The notes beneath the pieces are model-generated. The model made no database searches, was not told where the DNA came from, and was given only the letters and a program-made list of their open reading frames with translations. A stretch of 64,000 bases of DNA from Octopus vulgaris (taxonomy: Eukaryota): positions 2,914,001 through 2,978,000 of the forward strand of contig OX597818.1 in NCBI GenBank assembly GCA_951406725.2, read 5' to 3'. Position 1 is the first letter of the stretch. Each line of letters opens with the position of its first letter. Both the position numbers and the translations under genes were made by a program. Shown one piece after another: positions 1-12,700 of this stretch.

Positions 1-1934
1 TCATCTTATAAAATGTGGCCCGAGTAGACCCGAATGAAATCGGATTATATTAACCAAAATGTGAAAAAAATAGTTGCCATGCAAACTCGCCAGCACTTTT
101 AACATAGGTGTGCATATTTAGGGTCTAAATGGGGCTGGAAGGGGATTAAAATTTACAGGAGCAGGTGTTTAGGAATTCGGGTGTTAGTAAATGTGGTAGG
201 ATTCAGTTGAAAATTTGCACACCTATGTTAAAAGTCCTGGCAAGTTTGCATGGCAACTTTGAGTTTGCTCAATTGAAAGGTGTGGCCTCTAGGGCAAAAT
301 TCATCATCTTTAAAGTGTGGCCCGCGTAGACCTGAATGAAATTGAGTTATAATACCGAAACAAATAAAACAATGATAAACTTTTTTAATCCCGAGCAAGA
401 CCAGGTTTCTCTGCTATCTATATATATAAAAGAGGCTTTGGGTCAAAATTGTGTGCACGTTTTGCTACGTCAAAGGTTGGCGGCCACACCAGTGGTCGGA
501 TCGAGCTGAAAATTGACACAGGCATAGAAGGCGTGATGAGTTGAGTAGGTTAAAACTCACTATCTGGAAAGATGCGGTTGCTATGCTGAGAAGATTCAAG
601 GGGGCTCTAAACCCCTCCAGATTGGCGCGATTGGTATCTAATCCTATCTATAAAATGAAGAAGGCGAACGTAGACACAGATTGGATTTTTATGTAAAAAG
701 GGGTCTAAATGGGGCTGGAAGGGGATTCAAATTTACAGGAGGGGGTAACTTGAGGAGGGAAATTGATTGGGAGATGTTTTGTGGCTCTACAGTGGTTGCT
801 TTGGTGTGAAAACTGGGACTTTATTGATTTGGGGGGACACTTGATGGTCTAGATCGGACACCTTTTGCCCGATTTCAATCAAATTTTCAACATGGTAAAG
901 TGGAAGCGGATTTGTAATTTAAACGTGGAAATCTAAATTTTTTTATAAATGGCAGAAAGATAGATAGAGAAAGATAAAGAGTAAGAGAAAGTGAGGGAAG
1001 ATCCAAGAGAAAGGAAAGTGGGAAAATGAGAAAGGATAGAGAAACAAAGAGGGAGAATGTGGCGATAAGAAACAGAAAGGAAGCAACAGAAAGTAACAAC
1101 CTCAACCTCACCTGCGCGTAGAGCGGGTCACCTTAAGCTAGTCAATATCTATAAATCTGAAATGCGAAAAGTTTGTTTGTCTGGATTTGGCATTGGAACG
1201 GGGTTAAAGGCTACTAGATCCCGTCGGATTGACTCCAAAATTTACAGGGACATGTAAAATGAGGTGAGGATGTGAGTGGGCTAGGTTCTTAAAAGACGTG
1301 GTTACTAGGGGAAAAAACGCACACGTTGACAAGTCTTCTCTCATTCTCTTATCTGCCTGTCTTCCTTCGTCTCTCTCTTTCCTCTCTTCCATTCACTTTC
1401 TCGCTATAACGTCATTTGACAGTGTCTACTATCTTTCTCCCGCCACCTTCACTCTTTCTTCCACATCCTCTCTCTCTCTCTTTCTAAGTCTGTCTGCATT
1501 CATAGAGAGAACTATTATCGGCACCACCACCACACAATCATGAGAACAAATATTATGAATCAGATATTTATTGGGTTAATTCATATGTGTGTGTGTGTTT
1601 GATCTATATATAAATATGTATATATAATGTATATATACAAAGTGTATATATCTGTATATACACAATGGCCTAGTGGTTAGGGCAGCGGACTCGCGGTCGC
1701 AGGATCGCGGTTTCGATTCTCAGACCGGGCGTTGTGTGTGTTTATTGAGCGAAAACACCTAAAAGCTCTACGAGGCTCCGGCAGGGGGTGGTGATCCCTG
1801 CTGTACTCTTTCACCACAATGGCGGTGCCCCAGCATGGCCACAGCTCAAGAGCTGAAACTGGAAAAACAAAAACAAAAACAAAAACAAACAAATATATAT
1901 ATATAATTTGTATACATTTGTATATATAATGCAT

Positions 1935-1971
<37 letters not shown>

Positions 1972-1982
1972 ATGGGTATATA

Positions 1983-2068
<86 letters not shown>

Positions 2069-2971
2069 TAATGTGTGCATTATGTGGTCAGTTGAGCTGA
2101 AAATATGTACACCTATGCTAAAAGTGCTGGCGAGTTTGCATGGCAACTATTTTTTTCCTCAAATGAAAGGCATGACCTCTAGGAGAAAATTCCTCATCTT
2201 ATAAAATGTGGCCCGAGTAGACCCGAATGAAATTGGGTTATATTAACCAAAATGTGAAAAGGGGTCTAAATGGGGCTGGAAGAGGATTAATATTTACAGG
2301 AGCGGGTGTTTAGGAATTCTCTGTTACATCAAGCTAAAAAATTTGCACCAGCCTTTAAATCTTCAGTGTGTTGCCGTCCATGATGAAGAAGTTTTGAACG
2401 CTTGTCATGGTGAGTCTATTGTCGTGAGAAAGAATCACTTCAAAACTTAGTGGTTAGAAATTTTTGTTTTACATCAAGTTCAACATTTTACACCAGCCGT
2501 TAATCTGCCACTATGTTACTGTCCGTCGTTAAGAAATGCCAGCCATGGTGACTCTACTATCCTCAGATTCTATCCCTTCAAATTTTGGCTTCCAATATTT
2601 TTTTATTTTTATTCAGCTCGCAAGTTCATCTGTCCCTTTTAAATGTTAGTGCTTTGCTGTCTGCCTTGAAGCAGACCTTTCCCTTGTCACTGCCTGATAT
2701 TTATGATTGATCTTTCAAAATATTTTTTTTCTCAACTTACTCAAGATCTTTTGTTGTTTATAAATGGGAGATAGATAGATAGAGAAAGATAGACAGTAAG
2801 AGAAAGCAAGGGAGAGTCCGAGAGAAAGGAAGAGTAAGAGAGTGGGAAAGTGAGAGAGAGAAAGGAGTGAGAAACAAAGAGGGAGAATATGGTGATAAAA
2901 AACAGAAAGGAAGCAACAGAAAGTAGCAACCACACTCTTACCCATGCGTAGAGCGGGTCACCTTGAGCTAG
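1..2971 (+). mobile_element. Tandem array of non-autonomous Helitron units
   Basis: Hairpin-plus-CTAG 3' ends at 1110-1141 and 2940-2971 (ACCYRYGCGTAGAGCGGGT...GCTAG) and a hairpin-plus-CTA end near 390-416; TC starts at about 417 (TCTATATATATAAAAG) and 1142 (TCAATATCTATAAATCTG); internal microsatellites; same modules recur inverted at 51614-59650. Confidence 0.8.
1665..1895 (+). mobile_element. tRNA-derived SINE inserted in the (TA)n tract of a Helitron unit
   Basis: A box TGGCCTAGTGG, B box-like GGTTTCGATTC, body ending GCTGAAACTGG plus (AAAAAC)n tail. Confidence 0.75.
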
Positions 2972-3683
2972 TATATATATAACATAACAAAAAGGAGAGA
3001 GAGAAAGTAAATGTAATAATGAGCGTAGTGTTTTATATATTTGCATATATATATATTTATCCAAAATCACGCAGAGTAGTATAAGTGAAGAGAGAGGCGA
3101 TAAAAATATTAATTCAGTGAAGGAGAATAAGTGAGGGTAATAACTCTGACTGAGAGGGAGTGAGAGAAAGTAATAGCAATGAGAGAGAGGAAGTGGCAAA
3201 GAGCGCATCATGTATCTTCTGTTTTTCTCCTTCACAATATATGACTGAGAAAGGAAGGGGTGATAGATGAATAACAAAGGAAGGGGTGAAAAAATAAAAA
3301 TCAGCATTTCAACTGTGTGAGTATATGTGTGTGTATGTAAAAGGAGGTGTGTGTGTGTGTGTGTGCAATGGAAGTGGTATGGTGAATATTCAATGCTGAA
3401 AGGAAAAATCAAACAGTGTTTCAACTCTGTGTGAGTATATGTGTGTATGTGTGTGCATGTACAAGGGAAGTATGTGAATATTTATATCTGTGATTATTAT
3501 GTACCTTATTTTGTAGCTTATTTATATATAAAATAATACAACTAGCTGTCATTTTTGATGGCATAGGGTCGGCTAGTATAATTATAATGCACTGTTAATA
3601 TATTAAACAAATATAAGTTTAGTTATGAATATTTGGGAATATACACTCATCATTTTCAAGTACATATGCTTATTTGAGAGAAA

Positions 3684-3725
<42 letters not shown>

Positions 3726-3764
3726 TTACATACATACATATATGTACATACATATATATGCATA

Positions 3765-4610
3765 CTAGCAGAATTGCCCGGCGTTGCTCGGGGCTGAATT
3801 GCTTGAAAGTACTGTTAATGATTGCACTGAATTATGATGATTATTCAGGCAAATATTGATATAAGTTTACGGTGGGAGATAAGGACTTAACGATCAAACG
3901 TGTGCCATTGCATTGTTTTGGGGGGAACCAAATTTCTGATGAGCATTATAGGGGCACCAACTTTAAGTTTGAGAAAGTGTGGTGGTAGACCGGGGTGCTC
4001 AAAGGAATTGAGTACTTCTATTGGATAGTTGATGACGTCCTCTGGGTCAGGAGTTGTATCGATAGACTGATATACATAGACTTCCCCAGGAATGAGTTTT
4101 AGCATTTCATCATTAATATGGTGAACAGTTTTATTCCTCGGGGCCAGTATAGCCTTTTTGCCAATCCAATCCATATTCTGATAATTAGCTTGTAGATCTG
4201 GGAACACTGCATCTCTGAGATCAGAAGGTGTCTTAACAATGTTACAAATGGAATCGATGGCAATATTACCATTTTCATCCCCTGGTATTTTGCCTTCACC
4301 AAGTGCAAGGAGGGTGTGAGGAAATGCTGCTGATGTGATATTACGTCGCATATGAGCACGCATATTGGTGTGAAGTTTGAGAGTTACTTCCCTTTATTAA
4401 AAAAAATATGCATTAAAATGGAAAAAAATGATGGTAAATTATTTGTAAAATCATAGACTCATCGTAGACGCGCGCTAATACCCAGAAGGGCTCGATATGA
4501 ATCACGACTATAAGATACCCGGTTTTGGTTAAACTGCATCGCAAAATGTGGGAGTAGTTAGGAATCTAAATCGGAGTAGACAGACACACAACCTTTCTTT
4601 TATATATAAA
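3765..4610 (-). mobile_element. Internally deleted Helitron retaining a PIF1-like helicase fragment
   Basis: Minus-strand 3' end CCCGAGCAACGCCGGG hairpin + CTAG|T at 3765; 5' end TTTATATATAAAAG (TC mutated) at 4610; ORF 3887-4363 has RepHel motifs NMRA, AILAPRN, GLPPHxLKLKVGAPIMLIRNL. Confidence 0.9.
3887..4363 (-). pseudogene. Helitron RepHel helicase C-terminal fragment
   Basis: Translated motifs AILAPRNKTVHHIN and YPIEVLNSFEHPGLPPHFLKLKVGAPIMLIRNL; frameshift at the LCNGTRL motif. Confidence 0.9.
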
Positions 4611-4739
4611 TATTTTCGTCCTAAAAAACTTTGTATGGATTGAATGGTTACCTCTATGGAAATATATACATGCACATTATACATACATGTGTGTATAGAT
4701 GAATATATAAATACATTTAAATATCTATATACACTTTTG

Positions 4740-5418
4740 GGCGATCTTTCTGTTTCTTAGAGATAACTTTATCCCGTCCGATTCGCTCCAAAATTTACAG
4801 GGACATGTAGAATGAGGTGACGATGCTCGTGGGCTACCTTAGAAATCCCTATCTTAAAAGGTGTGGTTGCTAGGGGGCCATCTTCCTCACTCACCCTATT
4901 TCCTCCAGTACCCTCTCACTCCACTTCATTTGACAAGCCACTACGGTTATTTAATGTAAAGTCTTCCTCAAATCACTCTCTCGCTATTTACTCTCTTCCA
5001 AGAACATTTTCACTCACTCTTATCTCTTAGCTTCCCATACATTTTACTCATGTATCTATCAGCGTCATAGACAGAAACAAATATTACATCGCCATCGCCA
5101 TCACCATCGCATTCTATTGTCTACCTGTCAACACACACAGTGAATTACTTTCACTTTATTCGTTGCACACTGTGTGTGTGTGTGTGCGTGTGCTGTAGCC
5201 CACACTAAGAATAGCATTTGACTTATACACCACAATGTGAGTTTTCTCTAAATTTTGCTTAATTGGGGTTGAAATTTTAAAAAGTGGACCTGGCAAGACC
5301 CGATGCATTCTACTCTTAAAAATGCTAGGTAAATTGTAATTGAAGAAATCCTATATTGTAGATTTCTATAAGAGACGAAGGGAGGCAGATAAAATCTGCC
5401 TTTTATAATAAGAGATTC
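4740..5418. mobile_element. Helitron-like non-autonomous fragments
   Basis: 4770-4870 resembles module 1215-1310; a minus-strand TC-start-like TCTCTTATTATAAAAGGCAG near 5415. Confidence 0.45.
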
Positions 5419-5447
5419 ATATGCATACAAACATAGATATATCTGTA

Positions 5448-5790
5448 TGTTAGGTCGTCAAGTATGAAATTTGTAGAAAGGAAAAAAAAATTACTAATGT
5501 TTTATAAATTCAAGGAATAGTTTTATCCAGCAAAGTATGCACCCATATTGTCAATACACTTTTGCTATTTCAGTGGTAGCTTGTATAGCCTAGGACTATA
5601 AAGGCTGGCAATCTAGAGTCAGTAAAATCTTGGAAGGCCTGTTTTACAGCATTGTTGGAATTAAATTTTTTCTTATCAAAATGTTATCTAAATTCTGGAA
5701 AAAGTGATAGTCAGTAGGGACAAGGTCAAGTGAGTATGGTGGATGGTGGAGAACTTCCAACTCCAACTATATGAGTATAGCAGGAGAGAG
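5448..5790 (-). mobile_element. Degenerate mariner transposase 3' fragment with probable TIR
   Basis: Minus strand reads PPYSLDLVPTDYHFFQNL (YSPDLAPSDY-like) and QKCIDNMGAYF; TIR-like TTAGGTCGTCAAGTATGAAATT at about 5450. Confidence 0.75.
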
Positions 5791-6588
5791 GGTTCTTTGA
5801 ATCCACTGAATAGAGAACTTGTGATCAGGCAATGGCTATCTGAGATGGTGATTGAAATGATAAAGAGAAAGATATGCCAGGAGAGTGTGGAAGATATAGA
5901 AGCTCAAAATGTTGGAGATTCAAATAGAGATGAGAGTATGAAAGATGACGGAATCTAATAGGAAGCAGTGGAACTGAATTCTTGAAATTAAGAGAGGTAA
6001 CATTAACATCAATGAACTAAAGGACATATTGGAAAAAGACAGGTGGATGATTACTGATATATTGGAGATTTCTAAATCAGGAGACAGTAACACAAAATAT
6101 TTTAAAAAGCAAACCAATGTTGGCTACAAGAAATAACTAACAAAATAAACAACATCCTTGACAAGGTGCAAACTAGAATCACCATAGAAAACAACAATCT
6201 CATCAGTGTTGTAAGTATCTACATTCACAATGTGGACTGGATACTTTTTACATGGCACCAGCACCAACAGACTCACCAAGCAACTTGCAAGACAAAGAAT
6301 TTTGAGAGGGGAGGGGGCATTGGAGGAGGTGATTTTGTGTCAGACGATGAAAGAGTAGAGTGACACAGAGAAACAAGAGGCAGAAACAGGTCTCTTGCTA
6401 TAGAGGAGGTAAATGGTTACTTGGGCAAGAGAGAGAGAAAGAGAGAGAGGGAGAGAGAGAAAGAGATAGAGAGAAAGAGAGAGGGGGAGAGAAAGAGAGA
6501 GGGGGAGAGAAAGAGAGGGAGAGAGAGAGGTAACAAGAAAGAGGACAGAAACATATGTGCTGCTGTAAAGGAGAGACTTGGTTACTAG

Positions 6589-6632
<44 letters not shown>

Positions 6633-7059
6633 AGACAGCAAGAGTGCAAGAGAGAGTAGGAGAGAGATGATAGTGAAGTGCCAGGGTATACACCCAAGGA
6701 ATGGGGTTCAGAGCATAGATGGAAGACAGAAATAAATAGTGGCAATTGCCAAGGTATACCCTCAAAGTACAGGGTCATAATATACATGGCCAGGTATTGC
6801 CAAGAAGGTGCAAATAGGGAGTGGGGGTAGGGGTTGCAGTGACTGGTTAGAACCTGGGTATAAAGAAGGGGATGGGCAAAGCAGCAATACAGTGAGCAGG
6901 GTAGTAAAGGCAGGGATGGGGAATGGGAGACAATCATAGTATATGAAGAGGAAATGTGAAGAAGAGAAAAGATGCAGTTTCAGAAAGATGTAGTTTGTAC
7001 TCTAGGGATAGGGTGTGTGAAAATTCTATTGATATGTGTGGGTGAGACAATGCTTCTAG

Positions 7060-8497
7060 CACTCAGTTTTGCTGATGAGGTAGGATCTTCTCTGGAACCT
7101 CATAGTGCTAGACATCTCGGTCTATTGTCATTTCCTCCATAAACCCTAACATCCCGAGATTGGTCATCACCACTTCATCCATGTCATCCCTCTCCAACAG
7201 GTACCATCCACTTTCAGTGACTGGCACTATACAGCTGTCTTCGCTCATACACATCACATCTTCAAACCAACATGGTCTCCTCTCCTGCATGCTGCATTTA
7301 ATTTCTCTTATGCCCAACTTTTCTCTCAACATAGTTACGCTTTGTCATTCATGTACACTGATGTTGCACATCAGGTGCAACATACAACCTTCAATCCTCC
7401 CTTGTCTGTGCATGTCCTCCACATTCAGGGCCCAAGTCTCACTACCATGGAATATAGTTGTTCATACACAAGCATCATACAATCTACCTTTCAATCTGAG
7501 TGAGAGACTTCTTGTTGCCAACAGAGGTAGTAGTTTTCTGAACTTCCTCCAACCTATTCTTATTCTAGAAACAATACTTTCAGAGCATCCACCACCATTA
7601 CTAATTTGGTCACCTAAGAAACAGAAACTATCTTCTACCCCAAGAGAGCCTCCTGAGCATTTGAGAGAGTCTAAGCCCCACATGCTCTTAGTGTTTATTG
7701 TTTCTGCACATCTGCCACATATGAAGGCAACCTTATCTGTTAATCTGCCTGTGATTCTACTGCATCTCTTAAGCATCCATTACTTACACTAGATGTAGCA
7801 AATGGAATTATGTCTCACTCCTTTCCTACATATTGCGCAAGACCATTTACCTGATGGAAAGACAGTCTTATTTGCTTTCTTGCTAACAAGAACTCTAGTC
7901 TTTGCAAGGTTAACTTTAAGGCCCTTTGATTCAAGGTTTTGTTTCCGTATTTGGAGTTTCTTCTCCAATTCTGCTTCAAATTCTGCAATAAGAGCTAGAT
8001 CGTCAGCATATAGCAGTTCCCATGGGCATCCAGTTTGGATCCCTTTTTTATAGCCTGGAGGATTATGATGAATAAGAGTGGACTAAGAACTGAGTGCTGG
8101 CGAACCCCTACTTGTATGCTAAATTAATCACTGTATTCATGACTGACTCATCTTACTGACAGCACCATTGTACATGGTTTTCGCAGCTCTAACAAGCTCC
8201 ATAACTCCTGACATCCTTAGAGACAGTGGGGAACTCTGTCAAAAGCTTTCTCCAGGTCGATGAAAGCTAAGTACAATGGTTTACTTTTGGTCAAGTACTT
8301 TTTTTGCAACTGTCTCACTAAGAAGATTGCATCTATGTACTCCTCCCAGGAACAAAACCAAACTGCATCTCATCTAGTTTAATACTATTCCTAATCAATA
8401 GAGCTATAACTCTCTCTGTAACTTTCATGGCCTGGTCCAGTAGTTTGATGCCTCTGTAGTTGTTTCTATTTAAGGCATCACCTTTACCCTAGTTGCA
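7060..8497 (-). mobile_element. Degraded RTE-clade LINE (same family as 59649-61806)
   Basis: Fragments FCFLGDQISNGGGCSESIVSRIRIGWRKFRKLLPLL, LREKLGIREIKCSMQERR; many stops and frameshifts. Confidence 0.9.
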
Positions 8498-8837
8498 GCT
8501 AACAGACTACACAAAAGCAGATCAAGGAACCATGATGGAAAATGAGAATAGAAGGAGACATCAAAATGCTTAGGAAAGATATTAATATTCTGGAACAGGA
8601 AAAAGAAGGTGAATTAAGAAAAAAGGGACAGATAGAACAACTTACAGGAAAATACAATATCAAGAGAAAGAAGATAACTACAGTAATTGAAGAGCTGAAA
8701 CAAAAGGTACTTGCCAAAGCTGCAAAGATCAAAAGGTATGGGTCATGCTTAACCTTCATGAAGATAAAAAAAAAAACTCAGCCAAATCTCAAACCCCAAA
8801 ATGGAAATAGAGCATAATAAATAAAATTAAGAACTGT

Positions 8838-9108
8838 TGTATGTATGTATGTATGTATGTATGTATGCATGTATGTATGTATGTATCTAAGTGTGTATGT
8901 CTGTGTTTGCATTTGTTCCCCCATTACAGCTTGACAACTGGTGTTGGTGTGTTTACATCCCTGTAATTTAATGGTTTGGCAAAAGAAACTGATAGGATAA
9001 GTACTAAGTTTAAGAAATATGTCCTGGGGTTGATTTGTTTGACTAAAAATCCCTTCATGGCAGTGCTCCAGCATTACTGCAGTCAGAAGACAGAAACAAA
9101 TAAAAGAA
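8838..9108 (+). mobile_element. 5'-truncated SINE (family of 52690-53096)
   Basis: (TATG)n then GACAACTGGTGTTGGTGTGTTTAC...GATAGGATAAGTACT...GTGCTCCAGCAT, shared with copies at 43805, 50058 and 52690. Confidence 0.75.
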
Positions 9109-9730
9109 GTTAAACAAAAATCACATCAATAGATGGCATACCAACAACATCAGAGATTCAGTCATACTTGGAAGAAATATGGAGCAGACATGAACAACAC
9201 AACAAAAATGCTCAATGGATAAATAGGGTAAAGGAAAGGAAGAGCAAAATAGCACCTCATGTATGGCTCACTATCACAAGCCAAGAGATTATGGACACAT
9301 TGAGGACTACCAGTAACTGGAAAACTCCAAGGAAAGACAAGGTTGCCAACTTCTGACTGAAACACCTCATCAGTAACCACAATCATATAGTGGCAGTATT
9401 TAATAATAAGCAAACCAGAATCAACAGCAAACTGGATGCTGGAAAGACAACCCACTCAAATTCCCCAAAACAAAGACACCATACACCCACAAAATTATAG
9501 GCCAATAACATACTCGTCAACAACCTACAAAACCCTCATGTCAGTCATCTATAACTGGTTTATTATACACCTGAAAAAGAACGTTTTACTAGAAGAACAA
9601 AAGGGGTGCTGGAGAGGGATGTATGGTTGTAAAGAGCAGCTTCTTTTAAACTGAGCCATTACAGAAAACTATAAGAAGGGAAAGACAAACCGCAACATGA
9701 ATTGATTATCAGAAAGCTTTTGACAGTATT

Positions 9731-12700
9731 TGTTGTAATCCTGTGTCAGATTGTTATAATGCCCACTCTGGTATAGCAGTATGGATAGTTAGACAAGTAA
9801 GACCATGACTATCTATGACCATCTACTTCTATACTCTCTACTATAGTGACACTGACTGACAATATTTATAATGACCTCACATACCACTTGTCACATGGAA
9901 GGGGGGGTGGAATACCATTATTACTATTATCCCAATAAAATTTCCTTTTGTAATTTTATTTCTTTTAAGAGCAATAATTTTTACATCACCCCACCACCCT
10001 TTTTCCCAATATAGTTACACAGTCAATACTTTTTGCATTTGGCATCCACTTCCAGGAACTTCGTACATTTTCTTTTTCTTATGCTTGTGCATCAGGGTTC
10101 AATTATTTGCAGTGGCATTGGTACTTGAAAAGTAACATATAACCATTCTATTGGTTCTTCCATTCTCTTGGGTTTTCTCTCAATGAATCTTTTCTTCAGT
10201 TGGTTCATGTGTCTCCTGTATACCCCTTTTCTTCCTTTTACCAAGTACAGCATTTTACCTATGCATTTGGTAATCATGCCAATGTTGTTTCTGTTCTTAT
10301 ATGCCCTACTTCTTATCTTCCCAACTTTGTTTTTCCTTCTTATATTCCCTAACAAATACATTTTCACCTATTTTGAAATATCTTACTGTATTATCTGTTG
10401 CAATTTTTCTTTTCTTGCCAGGTAACAATTTGTCAAAGATTGAATTAATTTTCCTTGCAAATATCAGCTCCACTGATGACATACCTACTAGCATATTTGA
10501 GTTTGGTGTCATACAGTATACTCTTAAGAATTGTTGTAGAGCTACTTCATCCGTGACTTCCTTATTCAACTTTATTAGGGCTCTCTTGAATATATTGACA
10601 AAGCATTCTGCTTGTCTGTTAGATCTAGAACGGTACAGTAAACATTTTACAAAACTTTTTAAACTCAAAAGAGACAAATTGCATTCCATTATCAGACACT
10701 ATCACAACTGGAATGCCAAATCTCACAAACAGCTCATGTAAAAAATTTGTTGCAGTTGAGGAGGTTGGCTTTTTACACTTACAAATTTCTGGCCAGTTAG
10801 AGAAACTATTCATTACCACTAAGTAGTATGAACCGTTTAAAGAACCAGCAAAATCAATGTATAGTCTCAACCATGGCACATCTACTTTTGGCCAAGGTTC
10901 ACTTTTTATCATTAGTAATTTTGGCACTAGAGCACATCCTCTACAGCCTTGCACTAAATTTTCGATTTCTGAATCCATTTTTGGCTAGTAGATGTAGCTA
11001 CTCATTAAAGCTTTAATCCTCGAAATACCAGGATGTTCAGCATGGAATTCCCTCAACATTTTCTTTTGCAGTGTTTCAAGTATTACTACATTTTGTGCAT
11101 ACATCAGTATGCCATCACAAATTGAGTATAGGTTCACATCTTGGTTTTGTTTCACCTCAATCCCATTCCTATTTACTTCTCCTGACCACAGTATTCTTTT
11201 CATTTTTGCTATGAATTTGTCCTTTACTACATTCCGTTTTGTCTTCTAGGGTTACAGGTAATTCACTTATCACATTCCACACTACATTTTTTATTTCTCC
11301 TTAGTATCAGTCTGGGCAAACCATCTGCATGCCTTAGTTTTTTGATGGTAAATATTCCATTTTGTAATCATAATTCAACAACATAGTGCCTCATTGCTGT
11401 AGTTTATTAGCTGTGTGTGTTAGTATTCCTTTTTTAGAACCATATATTGACAGTAGTGGGCAATGGTCTGTTTGTAGACAGAAACTTCTTCCATGAATAA
11501 ATCTATGGAATTTTTTCACACCAAATATGATTCTTAATGCTTCCTTTTCTATTTAGCTATAGTTCTTTTCTGGTGGTGATAATGATCGTGATGCATGGGC
11601 TATAGCCTTTTTACTCTCATCATAATATTTGTGCAGAAGCACAGCCCCTACATTGCAATCACTTGCATCTGTAGCCAATATATAATATCCAACTTTGGAT
11701 CAAAATGTGTTAACGATAAGTCCAGTGTTAAAACATTTTTTAACTTGTCAAATGCCTTCTGGCACTTATCAGTCCAGCACCATTTTACATTTTTCTTTAA
11801 CAAATCATATAGCAGGGCCCTTACATTATGTATATTGAGAATGTAAATCTGATAATAATTTACTAAACCCAAAAATGCTTGTAGCATAGTCACATTATTT
11901 GGTGTAGGCATATTTTTATCACATTTGCTTTGGATGGATCTTGATGCTGTCCGTTTTCATCTATTATCTGGCCCAAATATAAAATTTTTTTCGGAAAGAG
12001 CTCACATTTTTTCCCATTAATTTGAAGCCATATTCTCTAATCTTTTTCAATACCTTTTTAATGTATTCTACATGCTGTTTGTGTGATTTGCTTTTTATTA
12101 TGATATGCTGTTTGTGTGATTTGCTTTTTATTATGATATTATAATAGGTGATAGCAAAATCACAGTCACCCAACACTGTATCCATTATTTGCTGAAATAT
12201 GGAAGGAGCCACTTTTACACTGAAGGGAAGCCACTTAAATTTAAATAAGCCATGATGTGTATTAATGATTAATAAGTGTGAGCATTCTTTTTCTACTTGA
12301 ATTTGTAGATATGCCTCTGAGAGGTCTAATTTTGAGAAGATTTTCCCTCCGTTCAATTTTGTGAACACTTCCTCAGTACTCAGTAACGGGCAATTATGTG
12401 AGATTAAGTGATCATTCAACCATGTTGAAAAATCTGCACAAGCTCAACTTATTATTTTTCTTTTTTATGTAGACCGTAGGTGCTGCCTCATCTGAGCAGT
12501 CCATCTTCTCGATTATTCCTAGGCTTTCGAGTTCCTTATTTACCTGTTCTATTGCCACAAACATTACATTCTGTTTTGGCTTAAATAAAGGTGTTGCACT
12601 TGTTTTACTACAATTTTTACCTTCATTTTCATGCAGCAGCCCAGTTCTTCTGAGAAAACATCTGAAAATAAATATTTTTTGTTTCAATCCCTCAGCCACA

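Noticed and set aside
1665-1730. tRNA gene
   Set aside because: A/B boxes continue into a SINE body and tail; no complete acceptor stem.
887-6937. Leu/Ser/Ile/Tyr-rich ORFs resembling membrane proteins (also 56336-59460)
   Set aside because: Translations of (GA)n, (TA)n and (CA)n low-complexity tracts.
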